Notes: generated by a model not told the origin, from the letters alone. 32,000 bases of DNA from Mucisphaera calidilacus (GCF_007748075.1 NZ_CP036280.1:1950001-1982000), one strand, 5' to 3'; shown: positions 6,692-15,166, counted from the stretch's first letter. Program-made: numbers and translations.

Positions 6692-8035
6692 TCAGCGCTG
6701 GAAGTCGTAGAGATTCGACAGATTGAGGATGCGAGTCAGCTCGTCGAGGGCGTCGCGTGCGATCGTGATGAGTTTCGGATCGGCGAGGTCGTCGGGGGTC
6801 AGGGTTTCGGGGTAGGTCCGGTGCGCCCAGTCGCGGAGTTGTGCGGCGCGCCGCTCGGTGAGCAGCAGTGACTGGGGGATGGCGGCCTGCTGGTGATCGG
6901 TCAGGACGACGCGTAGGCGGAGGCAGGCGGGCCCGCCGCCGTTGCTCATGGACTGCTGGAGGTCGAAGAAGAGGGCTTCGTGGATGAGGCCCTGCGTCTG
7001 CCAGTCTTCGAGCAGCCGGCTGACGGCGGGCGACTGGCGGCAGTTCTCGGGGCAGACGATGAGCCGCTGTCCGTCGGGCGTGCGGAGCAGTTGGCTGTTA
7101 AACAGGTAGGAACTGACGGCGTCCTCGAGTGAGACCTCGTCGGGGTGTACGCGGAGGATGATGAGAGGCTGGGCGTGGTGTCGGTTCCACGTCTCGGTGA
7201 TCTGGCTGATGGCGTCGTCGGTGTCGATGTAGGCGTGTTCGTGGAGCAGGAGGAGGTCGGTGTCGCCGACGGCGATGACGTCGTTGTGGAAGACGCCCGC
7301 GTCGATGGCGTCGGGGTGCTGCTGGAGGAAGAGGGTGCGCTGGGGATCGAGTTGGTGTCGGCGTGCGACGGCCTGCGAGGCGGCGAGGCGTTGGCGGGCG
7401 TTGAAGCGACGGGGCTCGGGGCCGGGACTGGTGCCGCGGGGAGCGGCGGTGCCGTATGTGAAGATCTCGATGCCGGGGTTGTCGTGGGTGGGTGCGAGTC
7501 GTGTGTGATTGGCGGCGCCCTCGTCGGTGAGCGCGGCGGGGAGCGGGTCGTGGACGGCGAATCGGGTGTCGTCGGCGAAGATGCGGCGGAGCAGACGCGT
7601 GGTGAAGGGGGCTTCGAGCGAGCGGTGGAGGGCGCTGGTGAGGTTGGCGGGTGAGAGATGGAGTCGCTGGTCGGCGGTGTCGGGTGCGGGGCTGACGGTG
7701 GCGGCGTTGGCGGTCCACATCGCCGAGGCGCTCCACGCGGCGGCGAGGAGTTCGGGCGCGTGTCGTTGTGCGGCGTGGAGGAGGTCGGCGTCGGTGCCGG
7801 TGAAACCGGCGGCGCGGAGCAGGTCGAGGTGGGGGCGTTCGTGGGGCGGGAGGACGGCCTGGGGTATGCCGAGTCGTGCGAGGGTCGCTGCCTTGTCGAT
7901 GCCCTGGAGGACGGCGGCGCGGGGCGAGGCGGTGTCGCCGCGGTGGGTCTGCGAGGCGAGGTTGCCGGGCGCGAGGCCGGCGTAGTTGTGGGTGGGGCCG
8001 ACGAGGCCGTCGAACTGGAACTCGGTGGTGGTCAT
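6692..8035 (-). CDS. astB: N-succinylarginine dihydrolase
   Basis: Near-diagnostic motifs: FDGLVGPTHNYAGLAPGNLAS, PQAVLPPHERP, DEGAANHTRL, GVFHNDVIAV, YLFNSQLL, SNGGGPACLRLRVVLT. Its start overlaps the astD stop by ATGA (8032-8035). Confidence 0.95.
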   Translation of the reverse strand: MTTTEFQFDGLVGPTHNYAGLAPGNLASQTHRGDTASPRAAVLQGIDKAATLARLGIPQAVLPPHERPHLDLLRAAGFTGTDADLLHAAQRHAPELLAAAWSASAMWTANAATVSPAPDTADQRLHLSPANLTSALHRSLEAPFTTRLLRRIFADDTRFAVHDPLPAALTDEGAANHTRLAPTHDNPGIEIFTYGTAAPRGTSPGPEPRRFNARQRLAASQAVARRHQLDPQRTLFLQQHPDAIDAGVFHNDVIAVGDTDLLLLHEHAYIDTDDAISQITETWNRHHAQPLIILRVHPDEVSLEDAVSSYLFNSQLLRTPDGQRLIVCPENCRQSPAVSRLLEDWQTQGLIHEALFFDLQQSMSNGGGPACLRLRVVLTDHQQAAIPQSLLLTERRAAQLRDWAHRTYPETLTPDDLADPKLITIARDALDELTRILNLSNLYDFQR

Positions 8036-9504
8036 GAGGAGGGTGTGATGCCGGGGAGGGGTTTGTCGACGGGCGCGAGGGGCCCGGCCTCCATGGAGGC
8101 GACGGGGAAGGCGCAGTAGGCGGCGGCGGCGCTGGCGCTGGGTCGGTGGTTGCCGCTGCGTCCGATGCCGCCGAAGGGCATCTTGCCGGAGGCGCCGACG
8201 GTGGGCCCGTTGAGGTTGATGATGCCGGCGCGGACGGTGTGCACAAAGCGGTCGAAGTGTTCGGCGTTGTCGGTGAGGAGCGAGGCGGCGAGGCCGTAGC
8301 GTGTCTGGTTGGCGAGGGCGATGGCGTCGTCGAGGGTACGGGTGGTGAGGACGGAAAGGAGGGGTCCGAAGTATTCTTCGTCGGGACGCTTGTCGGGTTC
8401 GATGGCGAGGATGCCGGGCGTGAGGATGCCGGTGTGAGGTCCGGCGACTTCGAGGGGGAGGACGGGCGCTGCGCCAAAGTCGAGGAGTTGCTGTTGGGCG
8501 TCGAGAATGGCCTGCCCGGCCTGCGGGGTTATGAGGGGACCGCAGAAGGGCGCGGGCTCGGCGTCGAAGGGTCCGACGGTGATGGATCGTGCGATACCGG
8601 TGAGGCGGTCGAGGAAGGCGTCGCGATCGATGCTGTCGGTGAGGATGACGCGTCGGGCGCAGTTGCAGCGTTGTCCGGCGGTGGAGAAAGCCGAGACGGC
8701 GGTGATGTAGGCGGCGGTATCGAGGTGGTTGGTGTCGTGGACGACGATGGGGTTGTTGCCGCCGAGTTCGAGCGCGACGATCTTGCCGGGCTCATCGACG
8801 AGGCTGGCTGCGATGGATCGGCCGGCGGGGTAGCTGCCGGTGAAGAGGACGCCATCGGTCTGCGGGTGCTGGACGAGTGCCTGTCCGGTGTCGCGTGCGC
8901 CGACAACGGCGGAGAGAACGCCTTGCGGGAGCCCGGCCTTCTGCCAGAGCTCGGCCATGATCATGCCGGCGGTGGGCGTGCGTTCGCTGGGCTTGAAGAC
9001 GATGGTATTGCCAGCGAGGAGCGCGGGGGTGATGTGGCCGTTGGGCAGGTGGATGGGGAAGTTGAAGGGTCCGATGACGGCGAGCAGGCCGTGGGGCCGG
9101 TATCGGGTCACCCCCCTGCCGTTGGGCAGGTCGATGGTTCGATCGGCGAGTTGACGGCGGTGTTCCTCGATGGAGGTGGCGACCTTGGGGGCGAGCAGCG
9201 CGGCTTCGCCACGCGCCTCCCAGAGGGGTTTGCCGGCTTCGCGTGCGATGGCGAGGGCGATTTCTTCGGTGTGCTGTTTGGCGAGTTCGGCGTAGCGTTG
9301 GGCGATCTCGATGCGCTGGTCGAGCGGGGTGGCGGCCCAGGCGGGGTGAGCGTCACGGGCGGCCTGGACGGCCTCGTCGACCTGATCGCCGGAGGCGGCG
9401 TTGCCCTGCCAGGTGGGTTCGAGCGACCAGGGGTTGTGGGCTTGGAGCGGGGCGCCTGTGCCGGCGGCCCAGTTGCCGTTGATGAGGTGCTGTCCGGGGG
9501 TCAT
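8032..9504 (-). CDS. astD: Succinylglutamate-semialdehyde dehydrogenase (aldehyde dehydrogenase family)
   Basis: ALDH-family layout (HLINGNW..., FKPSERTP, LELGGNNP, catalytic Cys context AGQRCNCARR, FGGIGRSGN) and its position between astA and astB. The assignment within the ALDH family rests mainly on context. Confidence 0.85.
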   Translation of the reverse strand: MTPGQHLINGNWAAGTGAPLQAHNPWSLEPTWQGNAASGDQVDEAVQAARDAHPAWAATPLDQRIEIAQRYAELAKQHTEEIALAIAREAGKPLWEARGEAALLAPKVATSIEEHRRQLADRTIDLPNGRGVTRYRPHGLLAVIGPFNFPIHLPNGHITPALLAGNTIVFKPSERTPTAGMIMAELWQKAGLPQGVLSAVVGARDTGQALVQHPQTDGVLFTGSYPAGRSIAASLVDEPGKIVALELGGNNPIVVHDTNHLDTAAYITAVSAFSTAGQRCNCARRVILTDSIDRDAFLDRLTGIARSITVGPFDAEPAPFCGPLITPQAGQAILDAQQQLLDFGAAPVLPLEVAGPHTGILTPGILAIEPDKRPDEEYFGPLLSVLTTRTLDDAIALANQTRYGLAASLLTDNAEHFDRFVHTVRAGIINLNGPTVGASGKMPFGGIGRSGNHRPSASAAAAYCAFPVASMEAGPLAPVDKPLPGITPSS

Positions 9505-9510
9505 CGCTGC

Positions 9511-10527
9511 TCAGCTTTCGTTGTTGTAGTCGGGTCGGAGTCGGACGGCGCGGATGGGTTCGCCTGATTCGAGGTCAAGGGTGGCGGCCACGTCGTGTGG
9601 GATCTGGAGGGTGTCGCCCTCGGGCCGAGCGGGGGCGAAGGTGGCGAGGAAGGTGTCGCGGGTATTGCCGATCATCCAGAGTTCGTTGGCGTCGGCGGGG
9701 ACGTCGGTGGTCCAACGCCAGATGCGGCTGTCGCGGACGGTTCGGATCTGCTGGGTGGGGCAGGTGACGATGGGGCCTGCGTCGAAGATATCGACGAGGT
9801 CGCCGTGCTGGAATCCTTCCTGCATGAGCAGGTGGAGCGCGGGCTGGGTGTCGGGGTGCGCCTTGCCGACGACGGAGGTGGCGGCATCGGGGAGCAGGGT
9901 GAGGTAGATGGGGTGTCGGGGCATGAGCTCGGCGATGAACTGCTTGTCGTGTGCGGAGCGGAAGTCGGCGTCGGAGTAGTCGAGGGTGTAGAAGTGTCTT
10001 CCGACCGCGTCCCAGAAGGGGCTTCGTCCGGCGGCGTCGGAGACGCCACGCATCTCGGCGAAGACCTCGGGCTGGAACTGGTCGGGGAACTGTGCGACGT
10101 AGAGGAAGCGTGCGAGGGAGAGGAATCGCCCGGTGCCGCCGCCTCGGGCGCTGGGGCTGAGGAAGAGCGTGCCAACCTCGGTGGGGCCGTTGTAGAAGAG
10201 CTTGCGGTGGAGGACCTCGACGTTGTGGGTGATGCCGAGGCCCTGGGAGTGATGGGTGAGTGTCTCCTTGCGGTAGGAGTACCAGGGCTCGCCGATGCCG
10301 ACCTGACAGGTGATGCCCGAGCTGCCGACGACGCGTTGGTTCTCGGGTTCTTCGAGGACGAAGAGCCGTGACTTGCCGGAGCGCGATTTCTCGATGCGTT
10401 CGGCGAGGGAGTCGCGGTCGGCGGCGAGTGAGGTGAGCCCGTGGCCTGACTGGTGGGCGAGGTTGAGCAGCGCGTCGAGGTCACCGTTGTTGACGAGTCG
10501 GAGCCGGGGGCGGAGCTGTGGGGTCAT
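9511..10527 (-). CDS. astA: Arginine N-succinyltransferase
   Basis: AstA-type motifs: GLTSLAADRDSLAERIEKS, EPWYSYRKETLTHHS, PTEVGTLFLSP, FAEMRGVSDAAGRSPFWDAVGRHFY, FIAELMPRHPIY, DIFDAGPIV. Its stop is 6 nt from the astD start. Its start overlaps the channel gene stop by ATGA (10524-10527). Confidence 0.92.
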   Translation of the reverse strand: MTPQLRPRLRLVNNGDLDALLNLAHQSGHGLTSLAADRDSLAERIEKSRSGKSRLFVLEEPENQRVVGSSGITCQVGIGEPWYSYRKETLTHHSQGLGITHNVEVLHRKLFYNGPTEVGTLFLSPSARGGGTGRFLSLARFLYVAQFPDQFQPEVFAEMRGVSDAAGRSPFWDAVGRHFYTLDYSDADFRSAHDKQFIAELMPRHPIYLTLLPDAATSVVGKAHPDTQPALHLLMQEGFQHGDLVDIFDAGPIVTCPTQQIRTVRDSRIWRWTTDVPADANELWMIGNTRDTFLATFAPARPEGDTLQIPHDVAATLDLESGEPIRAVRLRPDYNNES

Positions 10528-11396
10528 GGCTGTTTCTCGCTGACGTGTCGGCGGATGGCCTGGAGTCGGAGCTTGATGTTGTCGACGTCGCGGGCGAGTT
10601 CGACGAACTCGTCATCGACGGTGGGGTGTTCCTTGCGTGCCTCGGCCTCGGCCTGCGCCTCTTCCATCGAGGTGATGATGACGCCGATGAAGAGGTTGAG
10701 CATGATCATGGTGCCGAAGAGCACGAAGGAGACGAAGTAGACGACGGCGAGCATCGGCTGCGCGGAGGGCTGTTCCGGCTGGGCGGCGGGGTTGTCGATG
10801 GCGAAGACGTCGGAGCCGTACATCTGGATGTACATGATGTCGGTCCAGTCCTCGAGGGTCACGATGCGGAAGAGCGAGAGGAGGGCGAGTTGGAGGTTGC
10901 CGAAGTGGACGGGGTCGTTCTCACGGAAGGCGAAGACGCCCATGACGGCGTAGATGTAGAAGAGGATCACCAGGAGCACGCCGACGTAGACCATGGAGGG
11001 GACGCTGCGGAGCAGCGCTTCGACGAGCAGCTGGAGTTTGGGCAGAGTGGAGATGAGGCGCAGGGCACGGAGGACGCGGACGAGTCGCGTGATGGCGGCG
11101 GCGTGCCCGCCGACAGGCAGGAGACAGACGACGACGATGGAGAAGTCGAAGACGTTCCAGGGGTCGTAGAAGTAGCGGTACCAGTGTCGTCCGTGCTGGG
11201 CCATCTTGAGGATGGCTTCGAGCGCGAAGAGGGTGATGATGACCCAGTCGATGGTGTGGATCAGGTCGCCGTAGCGAGCCATGACTTCGGGATACGTCTC
11301 GAGGCCGACGATGACGGCGGCGACGAGGATCAGGCCGAGGATGGCCTGCCCGAACAACTTGCTGTTCACGAGTTCACGGATCTTCAGAATCAGCAT
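10524..11396 (-). CDS. Single-domain voltage-gated cation channel of the bacterial NaV/CaV (BacNav, Ion_trans) type
   Basis: Has six TM segments. S4 carries four Arg at every third position (RLVRVLRALR, nt 11058-11087). The pore is FRIVTLEDWTDIMY, S6 is MIMLNLFIGVIITSM, and there is a C-terminal neck/coiled coil (DDEFVELARDVDNIKLRLQAIRRHV). Length of 290 aa is typical. Confidence 0.9.
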   Translation of the reverse strand: MLILKIRELVNSKLFGQAILGLILVAAVIVGLETYPEVMARYGDLIHTIDWVIITLFALEAILKMAQHGRHWYRYFYDPWNVFDFSIVVVCLLPVGGHAAAITRLVRVLRALRLISTLPKLQLLVEALLRSVPSMVYVGVLLVILFYIYAVMGVFAFRENDPVHFGNLQLALLSLFRIVTLEDWTDIMYIQMYGSDVFAIDNPAAQPEQPSAQPMLAVVYFVSFVLFGTMIMLNLFIGVIITSMEEAQAEAEARKEHPTVDDEFVELARDVDNIKLRLQAIRRHVSEKQP

Positions 11397-11434
11397 GCGG
11401 ACAGGTTAGCGTCGCGGCGGCCGTTCGTGGCGGC

Positions 11435-14400
11435 CTAGGTATGGCTCATCCGCAAACCGGCGATGGCTCCCTGCACACCCCCGGGTCCGCTCATGGTGAC
11501 GTGCAGCTGCTGACCGCCACCCCAGTCGAAGTAGAGCAGCTCAAAGGGGTAGAAGCCGGCGTCGAGGTTGATGGTTCCGGTGACGGTCTTCACGCCGTGG
11601 ACGCCGTCGTTATCGACGACCAGGTTGTCACCGATGCGGAGCTGGCTGCCGTCGTCGGAGGTGCTGGTGAAGGCGTAGAGCCCGGGGGTATCGATCCAGA
11701 GGTATCCGTGCCAGCGTATGCCGACCTGGCCGGCGACGCCCGGGGGAAACAGGCCTGTCGAGAGTTCGGTCGTCGTCCCGCTGAGCAGGAGCTCGCTTTC
11801 GGTCAGGCCCTGGACGGTGTGCTGCGTGTGGTTGACGTAGACCTCGTAGGCGAGTCCGGCTTCGCTGCCGACTGGCGGCTCGATGATCCGGAAGGGTATC
11901 TGAACGCTGCTGAACTGTCGGTCGTCGTCGCGTACGTTGGCGTAGAGGGTGAAGCTGCCGGCCTCGGTCGCGGTGCCGGTGAGTCGGCCATCGGATGTGA
12001 GTGTGAGGCCCTCGGGCAGCAGGTTTGTCGCTGCGGCCCAGACCCGATCGCCGTTGCCGCCGTGCGCTTCGAGCTGGATATCGATGGGCGTGCCCATCGC
12101 GATGGCCGGCAGCTCTCTCGACGTGATGAAGGGGGCGCTGGGGACCGGAGCGCTGTCCTCGATGCGGATGTTGTCGAGCCAGAGCTGGTCACCCTGTGCG
12201 GTGGAGACGTGCAGCGATTCGAAGACGACCACGATGAACTCGTAGCCCTGCCCGAAGTCGATCTCGAGTTCGAAGGCGGTCGTGGGCGTTGTGCCGTTGA
12301 GGAGGTCGCCGCTGTCGAGGAGGCGATCGACCTCACCCTCGAGGCCGAAGATCGGCACGGGGGGGCCGTCGCTGTAATGGGGCAGCACGAACTCGGGGGC
12401 GTTGACGCCATAGACCACGGCGCGGAGTTGGGCGTCCTCGCCGGCCTGCTCGATCATGCCGGCCTCGAAACTGAGTGTCTTGACGCCCCGGGTGATGTTC
12501 TGGTCGCGGACGACCTGGTTGAGCGCGTGGTTGATCTCATTGCTGCCCGGGAGTCGTGTTGCAACGCCGTCGTCGACGGTCCATCCGTAGTTGACCCAAC
12601 CCAGGCCCTCGTCAGCCGAGGTGGGCCGTCGCCAGTCATAGCCGGTGAAGATATCTTCGGCGTCATCGAACGTGCCGTCGCCCAGGGGATTGACGAGTGC
12701 AGCGGGTCGTGCGTCGAGTGTGCGTGTGACCGAGGTGCTGCGGCCGGCGGTGTCGACAATCGTCAGCGTGACGGGCTTGGGTCCCGCGCTGTCGAAGGTG
12801 TGCCTGACCTTGCGGCCGAAGGCGTCGTTCACGCCGTCGGCGTCGAAATCCCACCCGTAGCTGGCGATGCCGATGCTGTCGATGGCCCGCGTGTCAACGT
12901 GATATGAATCCGACGCGTCCAGTTCGAAGGCGTTGGTGGCGAGGAGGGTCGATTCGAAGTGTGCGTAGGCGGGAACGCTGTGCGGGCTGCGTGCTTCGAA
13001 GGCCGTGTTGTCGATCACGAAGTAGTGGGGGTCGATGCTGGTTGTGTTGTGAAAAGCACCGAAGATCTGCAGGGGGACGTCGACGTTGCGGATCGTGCTG
13101 TTGAGCAGCCTGGACGCGGCGTTGCGTGCGGGCGAGGGGTCGTGCTGTTCGTCGGCGGAGGCCATGCCCTCGGCGAGCAAGCGGAGGCCGATCTCGAAGC
13201 CCTCGATGTGCAGGTTGTCGTAGGTCAGGTTCTTGGACGCGGTGTTGGAGCCGACGCCTCGGCCGCGTCCCTCGCCGTTGATGCCGGTGCGGTAGGCGAC
13301 GGGGTCGTCGAGGTCGCCGAGGATCAGGCCGTTGCGGAAGTCCGTCTGGCTGGTGTACTGCGTGAAGATCCCGTCGCCTCGGATGGCCCAGAAGGCGAAG
13401 TCTTCGATCGTGGTGCGGAGACGGTGGGCGGGTGTCTCGAGCCCGAAGGTAAAGCCGAGTTCGCCATCTTGGTTGCGCATATGTCCCCAGGTGATGAGTC
13501 CGAACTCGGCGTTGAGGACGGTTGAGTCGAAGATGCCCCGGGCGGGGACGTTGAAGGCATCAACCGCGGCGTCGCCCTGGGTGATCTCGGGGTGTTCGAG
13601 CACGGCGGCGGGGATCTTGACGCTGCGCATGGCATCAACGTTGCTGAAGAGCATGATGCCCGCGCTGGCCGAGCTGGCGGCGATGTTGCCGTCCATGAGG
13701 ATCTGGCCTGCGCCCTGGAGCCAGAAGCCCTCGCCGTTGAACCCGAAATCGAACAGGGGTACGCGGGGCGAGAGGTCGAAGTCGAGTTCCGGGCGGTCGT
13801 CACCCGTGGTCTTGATGGTGAGGTTGTTGGACCAGGTGCCGATCTCGTTGCCGTCCTCCGCGACGATGGCGGACCCGACGACGTCGAAGACGACGTTGTC
13901 GGAGAGATTCGCGTGACTGTCGTGGTGGACGATGCCCCAGCCCGGGCTGCCCCAGACGGCGTTTCCGGCGACTACGGCGGGTGTCGTGGCGAGATCGCCC
14001 GCGCCGAGGCGGTGGAGGTGGAGTGCGTAGCGTCCGCGCTGGTTGGTGCCGTTTCCGGGCGTGCCGTCGACGTTGACGACCGGTTCGTCGACCAGGCGGT
14101 TCTTGTCGCTGCGGCCGAGGTCGTAGAAGGAGGCGTTGCGGATCACGACCTGTGCGGAGTGCATGAACATCGTGTGCCCGCGCTGCTGGGTCAGTGTCTG
14201 ATCGGCGTCGAGGGTTTGGATCAGCACGTTGCGCGTCATGTTGGCGGCGTAGACGGTGAGATCCCAGTCATCAAACCCCTCCGGTGGATGATGATCCCAG
14301 AGCAGGCTGTCGAGTTTCCCGTCGGCTTCCTGCGTCAGGTTATGAAAGGTGACGAGTGTCTGGTTGGCGCGTTCCGTGATTGAGGTAACACGCAGGACTT

Positions 14401-15166
14401 CGTCGTGAAAACGGCTGTTGTCATCGTTGGAGCCGTCGGGATCTGTGGTGGTGCCGGTCAGGACAAGGATGTCGCCGACGCGCCAGCCGTCGGGCCGGCC
14501 GTCGAGGACCAGTGTCTGGTCGCCGGCCGAGGGGTGAAGGGCGAGGGGGAGGAAGTCAATCTTGTCGCTGCCGACGATCGTCGTGTTGCCGTGCGTGAGC
14601 AGGCCGCGGCCGATGAGTTGCGGGTCGGTGATCGCGCCGCGTGAGGGGTCGATGAGCAACTCGGCCCGGACGTCGGGCTGGATCGGGCGGTCCTCGCTTC
14701 CCATGGAGAACGCTGAGCCGGGCATCGCGACGAACGTGTCAACGACCAGTCGTGTGTTGATCTCGGTGTGAAATTCAAAGCGAGCGCCGTGGTCGACGCG
14801 GACACCACGGTAGGAGGTGTCACTGACCATGTCGTAGACGATGTCGATGCCGCCGGGGATGACGACGACGTCGTCGGACTGGGGCAAGGCACCGCCCCAG
14901 GTGTCGGGGTCGGACCAGAGTCCGGACCGGACTGCGACGGTGTTCGTCGCGGCGTCGGGCAGGAGTGCCATGAGCGTGTGGCCCATGCCGTCATGTGCTG
15001 CGTGCACCTGCGTTGAGGCGTTGTGCTGCACGCCTGCCTCGAACGCCACCTCGTAAACCGGCTCGGGCACGTGGAAGTCCGGGATCGGCGCGTCCGCCGC
15101 GAGCATGAGCCGGGGTTCGAGCGGTTCGAGACCGCGAACGGTTTGATGGTGATGTCGGTTTGCCAT
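11435..15166 (-). CDS. Giant secreted G8-domain / right-handed beta-helix / PKD / cadherin-like Ig / PA14 protein; probable glycan-binding or glycan-degrading
   Basis: N-terminal LEPLEPRLMLAA motif. G8-like segment (SGLWSDPDTWGGALPQSDDVVVIPGGIDIVYD). Long beta-helix-like middle region. PKD-like segment (DFDADGVNDAFGRKVRHTFDSAGPKPVTLTIVDTAGRSTSVTRTLD). Dystroglycan/cadherin-like Ig (LLPEGLTLTSDGRLTGTATEAGSFTLYANVRDD). C-terminal PA14 (GIRWHGYLWIDTPGLYAFTSTSDDGSQLRIGDNLVVDND...FYPFELLYFDWGGGQQL). Confidence 0.8.
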   Translation of the reverse strand: MANRHHHQTVRGLEPLEPRLMLAADAPIPDFHVPEPVYEVAFEAGVQHNASTQVHAAHDGMGHTLMALLPDAATNTVAVRSGLWSDPDTWGGALPQSDDVVVIPGGIDIVYDMVSDTSYRGVRVDHGARFEFHTEINTRLVVDTFVAMPGSAFSMGSEDRPIQPDVRAELLIDPSRGAITDPQLIGRGLLTHGNTTIVGSDKIDFLPLALHPSAGDQTLVLDGRPDGWRVGDILVLTGTTTDPDGSNDDNSRFHDEVLRVTSITERANQTLVTFHNLTQEADGKLDSLLWDHHPPEGFDDWDLTVYAANMTRNVLIQTLDADQTLTQQRGHTMFMHSAQVVIRNASFYDLGRSDKNRLVDEPVVNVDGTPGNGTNQRGRYALHLHRLGAGDLATTPAVVAGNAVWGSPGWGIVHHDSHANLSDNVVFDVVGSAIVAEDGNEIGTWSNNLTIKTTGDDRPELDFDLSPRVPLFDFGFNGEGFWLQGAGQILMDGNIAASSASAGIMLFSNVDAMRSVKIPAAVLEHPEITQGDAAVDAFNVPARGIFDSTVLNAEFGLITWGHMRNQDGELGFTFGLETPAHRLRTTIEDFAFWAIRGDGIFTQYTSQTDFRNGLILGDLDDPVAYRTGINGEGRGRGVGSNTASKNLTYDNLHIEGFEIGLRLLAEGMASADEQHDPSPARNAASRLLNSTIRNVDVPLQIFGAFHNTTSIDPHYFVIDNTAFEARSPHSVPAYAHFESTLLATNAFELDASDSYHVDTRAIDSIGIASYGWDFDADGVNDAFGRKVRHTFDSAGPKPVTLTIVDTAGRSTSVTRTLDARPAALVNPLGDGTFDDAEDIFTGYDWRRPTSADEGLGWVNYGWTVDDGVATRLPGSNEINHALNQVVRDQNITRGVKTLSFEAGMIEQAGEDAQLRAVVYGVNAPEFVLPHYSDGPPVPIFGLEGEVDRLLDSGDLLNGTTPTTAFELEIDFGQGYEFIVVVFESLHVSTAQGDQLWLDNIRIEDSAPVPSAPFITSRELPAIAMGTPIDIQLEAHGGNGDRVWAAATNLLPEGLTLTSDGRLTGTATEAGSFTLYANVRDDDRQFSSVQIPFRIIEPPVGSEAGLAYEVYVNHTQHTVQGLTESELLLSGTTTELSTGLFPPGVAGQVGIRWHGYLWIDTPGLYAFTSTSDDGSQLRIGDNLVVDNDGVHGVKTVTGTINLDAGFYPFELLYFDWGGGQQLHVTMSGPGGVQGAIAGLRMSHT

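Noticed and set aside
11397-11434. Possible terminator between the giant-protein gene and the channel gene.
   Set aside because: Only short self-complementary GGCC/GCGGC fragments are present, with no stem of 6 bp or more and no U-tract. I therefore leave co-transcription open rather than call a terminator.
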